From Lepidodermella squamata (Eukaryota > Animalia > Gastrotricha), in contig JBLDXI010000030.1 of assembly GCA_047495785.1 (NCBI GenBank), positions 868,001-932,000 on the forward strand: a DNA stretch of 64,000 nt, read 5' to 3'. A program made the translations under genes and the position numbers. This document shows positions 27,118-38,882 of this stretch, piece by piece. Under the pieces are notes generated by a model that saw nothing but the letters and a program-made list of their open reading frames with translations, ran no database searches and had not been told where the DNA came from. The first letter of the stretch is position 1. Every line of letters begins with the position of its first letter.

Positions 27118-28585
27118 TCAGTAAATAAAACGAAGAGCTAAAGCAGCAGCAACAATGAAAGCGAAAAGTTCGAATGTGGCAACCTTAGCATTGTTGCATA
27201 AATCGGTATTGCACAGGCAAACATCCGCAGCAAAATCACCGTCGCCTACGGTACTGCAACCAGGCATAGTAGTGATCCCCATCTCCTTAGCCTGATCCGT
27301 TTTTACGCAGCTTCGTTGAGTTTGGTTGCGAAGGACGCTTTTCGCGCACCACTCAATACAGGGGTCTTTTGCTTTATAATCATTGTTCACACCAATAAAA
27401 CACTTCAGCGCATCTGAAAGAGCGGAAAGCAGAAATGAATGGTAGTAAAGCAATTTAGAAAAAATGTAAAGCTTGATTCTGGATCTTGATGGGGAACGAA
27501 TCTGTGAATTTCATTAAGAGAAAAGTGGAATGCTCACTGCTGATTAGTCGAACTATGACTCCGGCATGAAACATCTGCTCGTACATAAAGACTCTAAAAT
27601 AAAATCGATGCAATTGTTCCAGGGCGAATTCACTGTAACCATCGTTTAAACAATCAGCCATTAACACTTTAACTGCCAAAAATAGACTGCGAGGTCCGAT
27701 ATTTGGGTCTAATTCCTGGGTCTGTCAAAAAGTCATTTTTTCCAGGTCAACGATGCGTCGAGGGGCAAAATGCCTGACGGCAAAGTGTAGGCCATGACCT
27801 GGCGGTTCTTTTGACACCGAATTCGGGGCCAAAGACATCAAGGAACGCACAGAAATCAAACTTGAAAAACAGTGAAATTTCGATTGTTGCGCCATAATCT
27901 GGGTCTAATAATTAGGTCCAATTCTTGGGTCTGATTTTTGGCTCTAATCCAAAATTTCGATGTTATTTCACTGTCATTTTCAATGACCTGCTCAGACCTT
28001 GTGGCCCCGAATTCGGTGTCAAAAGAACCGCCAGGTCATGGCCTACACTTTGCCGTCAGGCATTTTGCCCCTCGACGCATCGTTGACCCGGAAAAAATGA
28101 CTTTTTGACAGACCCAGGAATTAGACCCAAATATCGGACCTCGCAGTCTATTTTTGGCAGTTAAAGTGTTAACGTAACATGGCATTGTGGACCCACTGAA
28201 AAGTACAATTCCGATGTGCACACTGATTGTCCCGGAGGAAATATTATGCATGAAACATGGGTGAAACATTACCCACAATTTTTTTTACAACAATTCTTCT
28301 TGCAGTAATTAACCACGATTAATATGGAGCTTACGCTTGTGGTCAATAGAACGTGATAAAATAATTTATCATATGGATCGCACGACAGAAATGTTTCATC
28401 CCGGAGTCATTGCAACGATCAATGGACCGATTAGCGGTCGTGCCAAAGATCAACTTAATAATAGTTCCACAATGATAAAACTAGTGAGATCGAAATCTCT
28501 ATTTAATTGAAGCAGCCTAAAACAACCAACCTGCACTGAATAACACCACCGCTAAGAAGACAGCAAGCAATAAAACTCTCTTCAT
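27118..28585 (-). CDS. Ly6/three-finger (quiver-like) protein (Ly6-c)
   Basis: Exon 1 28585-28531 (MKRVLLLAVFLAVVLFSA), a 1.1-kb intron containing MITEs, exon 2 27413-27118 DALKCFIG...CLCNTDLCN plus hydrophobic tail. Confidence 0.85.
27535..28443. mobile_element. Older MITE copy (same family as 38883-39153) interrupted by the piggyBac-like MITE
   Basis: Left end ctgattagtc...atgactccggcatgaaacat and right end atggatcgcacgacagaaatgtttcatcccggagtcat...ccgattagcg match the two TIRs of the 38.9-kb element. Confidence 0.65.
27665..28168. mobile_element. piggyBac-like MITE
   Basis: ~165-bp near-perfect terminal inverted repeats (cactttaactgccaaaaatagactgcg... / ...cgcagtctatttttggcagttaaagtg) flanked by TTAA at 27661-27664 and 28169-28172; no coding capacity. 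Confidence 0.88.
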
Positions 28586-29440
28586 TTTGATAGTCTGATT
28601 TGGCAACTTGTAAATATGTATCACTATCAGTGAAGGACAATAAATTAGATCACCCGTAGCTGTCGTGGATCGAATTGGTTTATTGGCAATCCTTACTGCA
28701 AACTTTTCTGCTGCGTTTTTTCCTGGTTTCCCGTTATAAGATCACGCGTTCCCGATAAGATATCGCGTATAAGAGGCATAAAAGGGCACGTGACACAGAA
28801 CATGCTGCCACGGTTGAGGAATTTTGGTCACATTATTAGATCATGTGACAACAACGAGGAAGGACTTGTCAGTCGCGTTCCTAGTATTTACTTTTAAGGG
28901 CGTTACTCTTTTAGCCGCGGCTATGAACATTCCTTGTCTGATAAGTGCTTTGAAAGGCCTAATGCGGGTCCATCCCCAGAATCATGGAATCCCCGGTCAT
29001 TTATTCATCTACTCATCAAGAATGCGGAATTTTTTGGAACCGTAAATCCTGCTAAAACTGATTTAACTGATTTACCTATCAACCTCCATTGGAAGTCACT
29101 GAGTATTCCTGAAAGAACTCTGGCGTGCCAGTAGGTACATGGGTTTTTAATTATTAAAACAGTGGAAAAACACGAACCGGATTTTCAGCTGGAAACAGTT
29201 TATTAATGGCTAGGTTCTCACTCGAGTCCTGTCGGATTTATAGATGCCTTTTTCAATCAGCAGCGTTTTTGCGTCTAGTAAAGTTTAGTTGATGCCTCGC
29301 AATCTCCAATGCCTTGCTATGTATATGGCACATCTTTTCGAAAATTTATTTTTTAAACCGATGATTAAATCTGAGTTATTCAACGGCGCTAACGATGTGT
29401 GTTGCTATTTTGATGAATTTGATACCAAAACATTGCATTT

Positions 29441-29932
29441 TCAATAAACGAATCGAAGTGCTACAGCAACTGCAACGATGATTGCTAATGGTTCGAATCT
29501 GGCCATCTTAGCACTGTTGCATAAATCGGTATTGCAGAGGCAAACATCCACGGAAACACCACCACCGGCATTTACAATATTGCAACCGGGCATATTAGTA
29601 AACCCAGCCTCTTCAGCTTGTTGCGTTGTGATGCAGTTTCGCTGGGTTAGGTCGCCAAGGACGCCTTTTATGCACCATTCATTACACGGGTCCTGTGACT
29701 TGTAGTCACTGTTCACCCCAACATAGCACTTCAGCGCATCTGACAGAGTAAAAGAATGGTTGAGTATAGCAAATGTTCTAAGAAATTTGAAAACTGTTGG
29801 ATTTGAAAAAAATGTGGAACAAGTAGAAAGTAGAAGCTGTCCTAATCGAAGCAGCCTATCATCCAAAAATCACCAACCTGCGCTATAGAAGACCACTGCT
29901 AAGAAGACGGCGAACAATACAATGCTCTTCAT
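29441..29932 (-). CDS. Ly6/three-finger (quiver-like) protein (Ly6-d)
   Basis: Exon 1 29932-29878; exon 2 29739-29441 DALKCYVG...PCNEWC...CLCNTDLCN plus hydrophobic tail. Confidence 0.88.
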
Positions 29933-30907
29933 TTTGCTAGGTACTCGCAAGTGCAGTAAGAGATATTACTGAATTTCGCTGGCTAGGACACCTCTAAAAT
30001 GGTGTTTTCTATCAGCCGAGGCTGTCGCGGTTGTGTTAACGACCCTCATGGCGATAACGCGACTTTTTGATATTTTTTGCTAATCCATTATCCACCAAAT
30101 AAAACGGCATGTGATTAGCATGCACCGATTCTGCTACTTTAATTGCAAGAAATAGTATTGTTTCAGATTTTTACTTTAAGACTTTTGTTTTGAAGCGTCT
30201 TCAAATTGTTCTTGTTTCGCTCCCCTTTTTAGTTGAAATCACTAGCCAGTTTGGGAAATGCTGCGTAAAAAATTTTTTCGTCCCTGGCAGCTGGCAGCTC
30301 CAGATTCAGGATCGCACCCTAGGTCTAGATTCTAAATTGTTCTCTATTGTCGTAAACCAAAATAACGGGTTGCAAATCATTTGATACTACCTCCCCTCTC
30401 TCGATAGGTCGCTTTTTGGCCTTGGAGAGAAATTTTGATAAAAAATGTAAGTACCCAAAAATCAAAATTGAAGAGAGAGTTGGGCGCAAGGTCGTAAACA
30501 TTTTCCCAGAATTTATTGCATTATTCAAAAAATATTCCCCAGGTAATTAAGCTTTCCGCGTTAGACTGCGATAAAAACGAACAAAAATTAAACTTTCGGT
30601 GAAACACTTTTGCGCAATGAGAGAGCAACGCTGGTATTTAGGAATGCGCTGAGACTTTTTGAACACGACTCGGGCCTCAGCTATCCTCAACCCCAACTGT
30701 AGAAAACCGTTCTCCAGAAGATAGAGTGAACGCTTTTCATCCTTTTCATCGCTTTTCATCGCGTGAAATGCTTTCTTATGCAGTTTCGAAATTTGAATGA
30801 ATTTCTGACACTAGTGCGGCTAAAAAAACAGTGCTATCAACCGATGCTATTTCGTGCCCTGGTTTGATGAATTATTTTTCAATAACATTTTTTCAGTAAT
30901 TTCATTT

Positions 30908-31630
30908 TCAGTAAACGAAGCAAAGAGCTAAAGCAGTTGACAAGACAATTGCGAATGATTCAAGTCGTGCTAAATTAGCACTGTTGCAAAAATCGGTATT
31001 GCAAAGGCAAGCTTCCTCAAGAGCATCATCATAGCCGATTATGGTAGTGCAACCGGGCATAGTAGGAAGCCCTGCCTCTCGAACTTGTTTCGTTGAGATG
31101 CAGGTTCGTGCAGTATTGTCGCCAACGACGCCTTTTACACACCACTCACACCACTCCAAATGCAGGTTAAATGTCTTGTGGTCACTGTTCTCCCCATAAT
31201 AACACTTCAGCGCATCTGAGAGAGTAAATGAATGATAGTATAGCAAACATGTTATGAAAATGTGAAGCTTGATCTTGGATCATATTTGATTGTGAAAGAA
31301 ATTGTGGAAAAAGTGGCTCGCTGATTGCTTTTTCGCTATATTTTGACTCCGGCATGAAACATTTGGTGGGGCATTGACCACAGCTGCGATAATCAAAAGC
31401 AATAATTGCTCGCACGACCAAATGGTTCACGCCAGAGTCAAAGTAATAATAATTTGGCCAATCGCGCTAAAGTACGGCTGTCAGCTATTTACAGGAAGTT
31501 TCTTCTAAGGTCGAAACGCCATTAACCGGAAAAGTTTTCTAAATTAAACAGCCCATCAACCGAAAATCCACCAACCTGTGCTGTAGAACACCACGGCTAA
31601 GAAGACAGCGAACAATACAACGCTCTTCAT
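30908..31630 (-). CDS. Ly6/three-finger (quiver-like) protein (Ly6-e)
   Basis: Exon 1 31630-31576; exon 2 31215-30908 DALKCYYG...WCEWC...CLCNTDFCN plus hydrophobic tail. Confidence 0.86.
31317..31467. mobile_element. Degenerate MITE copy in Ly6-e intron
   Basis: cgctgattg...tgactccggcatgaaacattt ... ccagagtca...ggccaatcgcgc resembles both TIRs of 38883-39153. Confidence 0.5.
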
Positions 31631-31854
31631 GTCGCTAGGTACTCGAAAGTGAAGAATAAGACATAAAACTGTGAATTTCGCAAATTAGAACACCTTAAAA
31701 ATAGGGCATTCAAGAACGTTTCTTATCAGCCTAGGCTGTCTGCGATAGTGTTAACAACCCTCATTGCGATAACAACCCGCCCGCTCCACACAGGAATTGT
31801 TTGACAAAAATTGAGCATTAATCCTGTTAATTATTTTTATTTCACTGAAAATGC

Positions 31855-33006
31855 TCACTTTGTAACACTGATAGATTTTTCATGAACTCTTTGTTCTATG
31901 GATTGAAGATTGTAAACATAGCCGAATGTTGTAGATTCGCCAGCAATCGGTTTCGGCAAAATATCTCTAACCGCCACAACGGGTGCTGTAATCTCATCCG
32001 GAAAATCGTGCAGGCCAAAATCGATAACCCATAGGATGAAGTTGAAAACAGAAAACGCCACCATTGCTAGGTGTAGAGCGTCCAACGTCATGCAGCCAGG
32101 TGTGCTGTAGATCAACAAAGCTGGGAAGACAGCGAGTTCCATGACGTAGGCAAACAAAGTGGCTTGCACATCGTTATGGTCGCGATATCGATTAGATCTT
32201 GGTAGCAAAGCGAATGAAAGCACGGTGTGCCATAGGAAACCAGGTAAAACAGGGTTGATTGCCCGGCTGAGTGAAATGACAGTCTCCCATGCTGAGTCGT
32301 TGTGCTGGAGTTTCAGATAGCAGAGAACGAAAATTACTAATGAGCCCAACATCGAACTTGAGCAATGAATGTATCTCGTTATCACCGCAAAATTGCTCCC
32401 TTGAAGAATTTTGAAAGCGTAAACGTGCCGCTGATCTATCGAAATCTTCTTAGCAGGAGGCTGCGAAGACGTAGGCTGTCTGAAATTGATGACCTGTAGA
32501 ATTTGGCAAACAAGAGCCAAACTGCTGATAGCGTAACAGATTTTAAGAATTGTTATCTGAAATAGCCGAGGTCCAGTAATTCGTGAGTCCTCCTTAATCA
32601 ATAAATTCACGTAAATGAGCAACGAAGTCGAGACAATGAGCAGCGAAGCGCAGAGTCCATGAAGGCATAAATTAATGAAAAAGTCGACTTTTCCTGTAAA
32701 TAACCGTTTCGCGACTAGGTCGAATGATAGGCAGAGGTAAATCAGCGCTATGACGAATAGGCAAACAGTAACTGAAATGATTTTGTCGCATTTCGCGATG
32801 CACAAGTTGATTTCAGACTGCGAGTAGCCGAAGTTGTAGTTGCATTCCAGTTTTTTGCAGTTTGATATTGAAAAATGGCTGAAGGCAGCGGCGTAGCAGC
32901 TCGATAGGAAGGCGACGCTGAGTAAGCAGTTGATCAATTTCAGGGCGATTGACAACTTTCGAAATCGGAACATTTCCCGAGGTGATATTTCGCTTATTCC
33001 CCGCAT
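31855..33006 (-). CDS. Orphan multipass membrane protein (~8 hydrophobic segments), function unknown
   Basis: 383-aa intronless ORF with two blocks of ~4 hydrophobic helices and a Cys-rich first loop; no family motif recognised with confidence. Confidence 0.6.
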   Translation of the reverse strand: MRGISEISPREMFRFRKLSIALKLINCLLSVAFLSSCYAAAFSHFSISNCKKLECNYNFGYSQSEINLCIAKCDKIISVTVCLFVIALIYLCLSFDLVAKRLFTGKVDFFINLCLHGLCASLLIVSTSLLIYVNLLIKEDSRITGPRLFQITILKICYAISSLALVCQILQVINFRQPTSSQPPAKKISIDQRHVYAFKILQGSNFAVITRYIHCSSSMLGSLVIFVLCYLKLQHNDSAWETVISLSRAINPVLPGFLWHTVLSFALLPRSNRYRDHNDVQATLFAYVMELAVFPALLIYSTPGCMTLDALHLAMVAFSVFNFILWVIDFGLHDFPDEITAPVVAVRDILPKPIAGESTTFGYVYNLQSIEQRVHEKSISVTK

Positions 33007-33493
33007 GAGCTGTATAAATGTGTGCTATAATATACCTATGTTAGAATATATCATAGCAGGACTGTGTTGACCGTATTAAGCCACGGCGTCCTCAATCTCA
33101 GCCGCTGTGGGCAAACACGCTTTGTGTGTGCGGTGAGCTAGTGTTGTTTATTTGTTTACTCTGTGGACTCGCATTGTGAGTGTGCGCGCCCTGACTGCTA
33201 AACAACAACGCGCCCTCATTCGAGTGTTTGTTTGCGTTTGCCTGCTTTCTGGGCTATGTGTGCTTTCTGGCTGCGTTAATGAATGGGGCTTGGTTTGATT
33301 TGTTTTACAAGCATCCGTCGACTGGCATGCCACGGAAGTTAATTCAACATTTAACACTTAAAATTGTATTTTTAAGGCGGATCTTTTTTATCTTCAGCAA
33401 AATAGGTGTTGCAATTCATTCAGTAATTGATGAAAATAATTCAACCGCATTTTTCATTTTTTTCAATAGTCAAAGTGAAGCTAACTGCCTAAG

Positions 33494-34852
33494 TCAGTTA
33501 GCGGGTCGTTTCCACGGAAGATTTGGATTGGGCATTTGCTTGACGAAATTGCCCCTAGCATCAGTCTCCCACCATTCTGCGTTGTAGTCAACAGGGTCTG
33601 GCTCGTCCTCAAACACCGGCCAGTTTACATCTTGCTCGATACCACAACGGTTAACACCTTTGCGTATAAGGAAGTAGCCTCCCCAGCCTAGTCAAAATCG
33701 TAAAATTTCAGAAAAATATGTCGTCATTGAAATTACCCCAGTTGTCTCCCCAGCTATTGCGGCAAATCCAGCTATAGTTTGAAAAATAGACTTAAAATTA
33801 GCTGTTTAATTTCAGGAGACTTACTAATCTTCCCCGGTTGTAACATTTTTCCCATAGCCTACTATCGTAACTGCGTGGCCATGCGGGCCGGTTGTTGGGC
33901 AGTCAGCCGGGTCGTAGATGCCAGTTCGGTAGAAATTGAAGCGTTTCTCAGCTTGAAACCCAGCGAAGACCGGGCCTTTACTCACAGCCCATTCCATCAT
34001 TGGAATGTTCAATCTATGCGCTTTCTGGTTGCCCTTCAACTTTAGTTTGTATCGATTCCTCTCATTCACACTGCAAGGCTTTTCTGGGGTGGTATCGAGC
34101 TGCCCTGGGTCGTAGTCTTTGTAGTCCTGCGCCAATAGGAAACCGCCCTTTTTCTTGAAGTATTCATAGACCAGCTCGGCATTTCCAGCATTGCAGCCAT
34201 GGCCGGCCGGGAAGACTGATAGATTGGCTCGTTTCGCGCAGTCGACCACTTCTTGCTCAGAGATCTTGATCACCTCAGCTTTCTTGATCCTGAGACGAGC
34301 CTCGAGAGCAGAGATCGCGGCAAAAGAGTAGCAACTAGCACATTTGTACTGATTCCTGATATCGAGAATGTACCCCCTGCGTCGCCAGTCTACAATCGCG
34401 CCTGGGATGTCTTCGTCATCTGAAAGCGGCGCGCCGGGTGGGTAATCGACAGGCGTGACGACTTTGTTAGCCTGTCGCCGGGATCTGCGATTGTTTGTGG
34501 GCCGGCCATTAGCGCCGACAGTAACAGTTTTCGCCGCAGAAGGCTGCCATCCGTAGTGCTCTTCAAAATCTTCGTCAGACCAATCGGCGAATTCATTCAG
34601 ACCGTAGTCAGCATCATCCTCGCCCTGATCGGCATCTCTATCCCATTCATCGATGAGCGAGCGAATTCTTTCAAACCGCTCCTCTGCAGCGTCGTCCTCA
34701 GCCTCCGAATCGAATCGATCGGCGTCATGGCTTGCGTACATTTGTTTCCATTCCCGCCAAGCGTCACTCTCAGGGTCGCTCGTAGGCAACGGTTGCGCTA
34801 AGACGTATCCACACAGCAGAGCTAGGCCTAAGAATCGCGTTGAGACGCCCAT
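33494..34852 (-). CDS. Papain-family (C1A) cathepsin L-like cysteine protease with I29 propeptide, 3 exons
   Basis: Signal peptide; propeptide GLNEFADWS; VDWR; QYKCASCYSF (catalytic Cys); GHAV (His). Exons 34852-33825, 33771-33737 (YWICRNSWGDNWG, catalytic Asn) and 33687-33494 (WGGYFLIRKGVNRCGIE). Confidence 0.92.
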
Positions 34853-35871
34853 GGCAGCAGGTGGCTATAACTAGGACTCGCATCTCGAATTCAGCTTCTT
34901 AAATAGCGAGCGACACACTAACAACCCTACCTGGGCGACCCGGAATGTATTTTAGGAAGCGCCTTTGTTCTTCGAAGCTAGATCGGCCCAGTTTGGGTTT
35001 GAGGAATCAGGAAAACCGTGAGAAAAGCTGGATGTGGTTTGCGGGGAAGTGTGAAACAGTTTTGCCTACACACTGCTTTCTTTTCATTGAAACTTGTGAA
35101 AGCCTTTGTTTTACAATCCTTTAGATGAATGAAAAAGGTGTTAGTAATAGCAATACCTAGCTTTGGACGATGCGAAATCTTTATTATCCATATTATACTA
35201 GACTTAGACCCGCAAAACTATGGCTCGAAACTCGAACAAAGCTTCTTGAATGTTTTATGGTGGAAATTGGAATTAGTCAAATTAGGATTTGAGGAAGAGG
35301 AATACAAGAACTGAATCATCATACGTTTGTCTCTACGGGTCTCATACGGGGCAGTCGCAGCTGATTCGAAAATTCAGGATTTCCCAGTATCTGCCAACAA
35401 TTGAATTGAATAACACTTACAAATGTCCAATTCAAACTTACTATAGCTACTTTCATCCGTTAGGAAAGGTAAGAAACGTTTTTCCTCTTAAGGTGAAATT
35501 GTTAGCTACTGTTAAATAAAATTCAATCCTTCACTTCAGTATCCTCTATTTCAGTTTTCCAGGTTAACTCTTCAATTTGATATGTTTTCCGGAAGTGATA
35601 ACGAACTTGAACCAATATTATAATGTTAGCGCATAAAAGTATTGGAAGCAAGCTGAATGAATAGCGGAATATCGAACAATTGAAGCAAATTTGTGGCAAC
35701 CCAGATAACAAAGAACAGGCTCGTCAAATTTTAATAAATACGTGTGATACCGGAAATCAGAATATTACCAGGAAAGGCGCGAAAGGTAGATGTCAATCCT
35801 TCATTGCAACACTGCAAATCGATCACAGTCTCTTCGCATTATTTATTCGTGTAAAAACGTTTTTCGCAAGT

Positions 35872-37117
35872 ATGTTACCATCGATTCTTGTAATTTTTGC
35901 AGCTGTGACTGCCATTCGTTGTGAAGAATCCAATGATGTACCAATTTCTGAGCAGCTTAAGACGCAGTTTTCAAAATTCTGCCCAGCGATCAACTCGAAG
36001 AACCTAGCCACAGAGCAGGCAGTTGCCACAAATTGCAGTGAACCTGTTAACGTTGCTGTTAAATGGATATTGTTTCGCTTCGTTGAGATTGATGACGTCC
36101 AATGGCGGTTGTCTCTGCTTGGATTGATGACTTTATCGTGGGATCTACCCTGCCCGCAACCAAGCTGCACCGACCTCTTACCAGCCTCGGTCTGCGCTGT
36201 AAAAAACCCAGAACGGCTTGGATTCGAAGTCCTGACAATCTCAGTGTGGACTCCAACACTAACGCATAGGACAGCTTATGAAGACCCATCTCGGAGTCTC
36301 CAGTAAACTTATTACAAATAATAATTAAAACATTAATTTTGATTGTCTATCATTTTCAAGAATTACAGATAAGGTTTGGATGAATCCTTTCGAGGATATG
36401 ACGATGAACCAGGAGATAACATCGCGTATGGACATTTCGTGTTCCGCTTTCAGCTACAAGCATTTCCCGTTCGACACTCAACTGTGCTCCATCATTTTCG
36501 AGCCCGATGAAGATACATTGGATGTCAATTATCAAATAGCAGAATTCAGCATCGACGCATCAGTTCGAAATTCATTCATGTCTGATTCTGACATTTGGAG
36601 CCTAGCCGGCCCTTTGATCTACAACACGACAGCTGTGAAGCAAAATTGGGGCGATTTAATGTTCAGTCGACTGACATTCACCATGAAATTCCGGCGTAAA
36701 AGCGGGTATTACATCAGTAATATCTTCTTACCCACGATTTGCCTCGTCATCCTGCAAATCATCAGCTTGTTTACTGAGCCATTGAGCTATGACCGGCCAG
36801 CATTTTGCGTAACAGTCGTGCTGTCCTACGCAGTTATTCTATCCCTGATTTTTGGCATGGTGCCAAAAACTTCTGAAACAATTTATTTGGTATCAATGGT
36901 CTCTGGCAAATTTGTTACGGCAGTGTTCATCACATCGTATGCCTGTGTCAGTGGTGGATTTTCTAAGGCTTGGAAAAAGCGTGTGGTCAGCCTGGGGTCT
37001 AATTGGAAAATACCGATGCATCGTTTCTGCGATTGCCTTTTAGCCACAATTTTGCTGGTTAGCGTTATTTGCTATGATATAAGTTTGTTCTCGTTAATGC
37101 TAAATCCTGAATCCTAG
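35872..37117 (+). CDS. Divergent Cys-loop pLGIC subunit (LGIC-4), 2 exons
   Basis: ATG 35872; intron 36303-36360; Cys-loop CSAFSYKHFPFDTQLC; FRRKSGYY; M2 DRPAFCVTVVL. Confidence 0.92.
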
Positions 37118-37531
37118 ACGTATTTTCTCATAGTATCACGCGGGAAAATTCCAAAAATTGTTTTTTCCCACCTGGTTGGCTTTGTTCCTTTCGATGTTGT
37201 ATTATTCTTCTTTATGCTTCTGCTTCATGTTTTGGCGATAGTTTCAGTAAAAATGTCAAGAATGTGTCCTCGCTTCGATTGTCTTTTTGGTTCCAGTCAT
37301 TTTGGAAAATACAACAAAAACAGGAACCGCGTGCGAATAACGGCCTTAAAAACTGGCGTTCCTTGAGCAACGGACCCTGACTCTTTTAAAAACTGAATGT
37401 TACTTTAGGCCACGGTTTCTCGCGGGTACACCCTTATGCCATCATAACAGTATGCTTTGCAGGCTCGACTTTACCCCAAAATATTGCAAAGCCTCCAATT
37501 TCTCATGCTTTATTATGTGCCATCCCGAATG

Positions 37532-37931
37532 TTATTCGCATCTGCAGACGTTATGGAACCCAGACCATACTGGCTTCCTGTGACAAAAAAAGCATTTCAG
37601 TTAAGTGATAACCGAGTAAACTTGAGGATGGACTTACAGGCCTGAGCAGCAAGGTGTAACGCCGCGGCAATCTTCGTACTTTCCTGCGCATTTTGGCTGC
37701 TGCAGGTCCTCCATGCATGTGCAAATGGCACCAAATTCACGTTCATACGGAATGCTGTAATTTGTAATAAAAGATTTAGGAGCGCATTTCAAAATGGTTT
37801 TCTTACAGCCCCGGACAGCAGTCTTCATCAAGGCAACTTTGGCCAACCCCAGCACAATCTTTAGCCATCCCCGAAGGAATGATTGCGGCGATGAAGGCGA
37901 AAATAGCCAAGCTAGCGACGACTCGGTTCAT
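37532..37931 (-). CDS. Secreted 95-aa tandem knottin-like (double ICK-like) cysteine-rich peptide, 3 exons
   Basis: Exons 37931-37807, 37754-37638, 37577-37532 give MNRVVASLAIFAFIAAIIPSGMAKDCAGVGQSCLDEDCCPGLIPYEREFGAICTCMEDLQQPKCAGKYEDCRGVTPCCSGLKPVWSGFHNVCRCE*. Canonical GT-AG introns of 52 and 60 bp; AATAAA ~20 nt after the stop. Confidence 0.8.
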
Positions 37932-38367
37932 TTTGAATATCCGTAGAATTCAATATTATGGTGAGTTGGTGCAATTATTACTGGTAGGTATTTCATGCTG
38001 TATTACCGTGCTATTTATACAGCCGAGGTTGTGGGAGTCGGCTGTTTGTTCGCACTATGGCGTTCAAATAGTGTCGCGAATTAGAGCTGATAAGAAGTGT
38101 CACGAAAGAACAAGCATTTCAGCTTTTTTGTCGAATGCGGTTAGGAAAAAATGTTCCGTTTTGATAAGTAAATTGCCGCATACTCCCTATATACTCAAGA
38201 GTTCAAGAAGTACTTCCAAGCCACTTGCATTGACGGTCGACGGCTAGCTGGCTAAATGGACCTTGTTTCTATGGGTATCGCAGGTCGGTTTTCACGCTAG
38301 ACACCCGTCAGGCCGCCGATGTAAAGCCCTTTCAACTAAAAACATGTGAACTAAAAAGTGTAAACAC

Positions 38368-38874
38368 ATGGTCTTACATGAACTGCTGAAGATACATGAA
38401 AACAAGTGCTTGGTGCTCACTACTTTCCAGATGATCCTTAGCTTTGTGCATACCAATGACAAATGCCCCGAGCGAGGATTCAGCGCACGATCAAGAATTA
38501 AAACCAAGTCTAGGAGTAGAATCAAGGATGACCTACTATTAAATGCTGACAAATTACTGCAAATTACTATCAACGGGCCGCCCTGCTTGTCACCCGAAGA
38601 CAAGGCTGCTATTGCCGATAAGTGGAAATCAGTGAAGTCGAGGCGCCGTGTTCGGCCTCGGATACACAAGCCCAAATTCGTTTCGACCAGCGACGAAAAT
38701 CAAGTGGAGATTGACAGCTTCTCTGACTGTGGTAGCAGCAACGCGACCGAAGAGCTCGAAGAGCTTCTACGACTCGATGACTCCGAGGAAGATGAATTTC
38801 AGGACACTTTCGCTACTTCAAAGTTGTACCAGATTACGGTACCCAGTGACATTGTGGAACCACTGGTAAGTTGA
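38368..38874 (+). pseudogene. hAT-family (ZNF862-like) transposase C-terminal remnant
   Basis: ERGFSARSRIKTKSRSRI...LLQITINGP matches the hAT C-terminal dimerisation motif ERxFS...KTxxR; no upstream catalytic region. Confidence 0.7.
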
Positions 38875-38882
38875 ACCTTGGC

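Noticed and set aside
33100-33145. Helitron-like 3' end (short hairpin followed by CTAG-T)
   Set aside because: The hairpin is weak, and there is no 5' end or second copy in the window.
35680-35871. Long N-terminal extensions of LGIC-4 (and of LGIC-10, LGIC-12) in the ORF track
   Set aside because: Downstream ATGs give proper signal peptides aligned with paralogs; the extensions start at TTG or are non-conserved.
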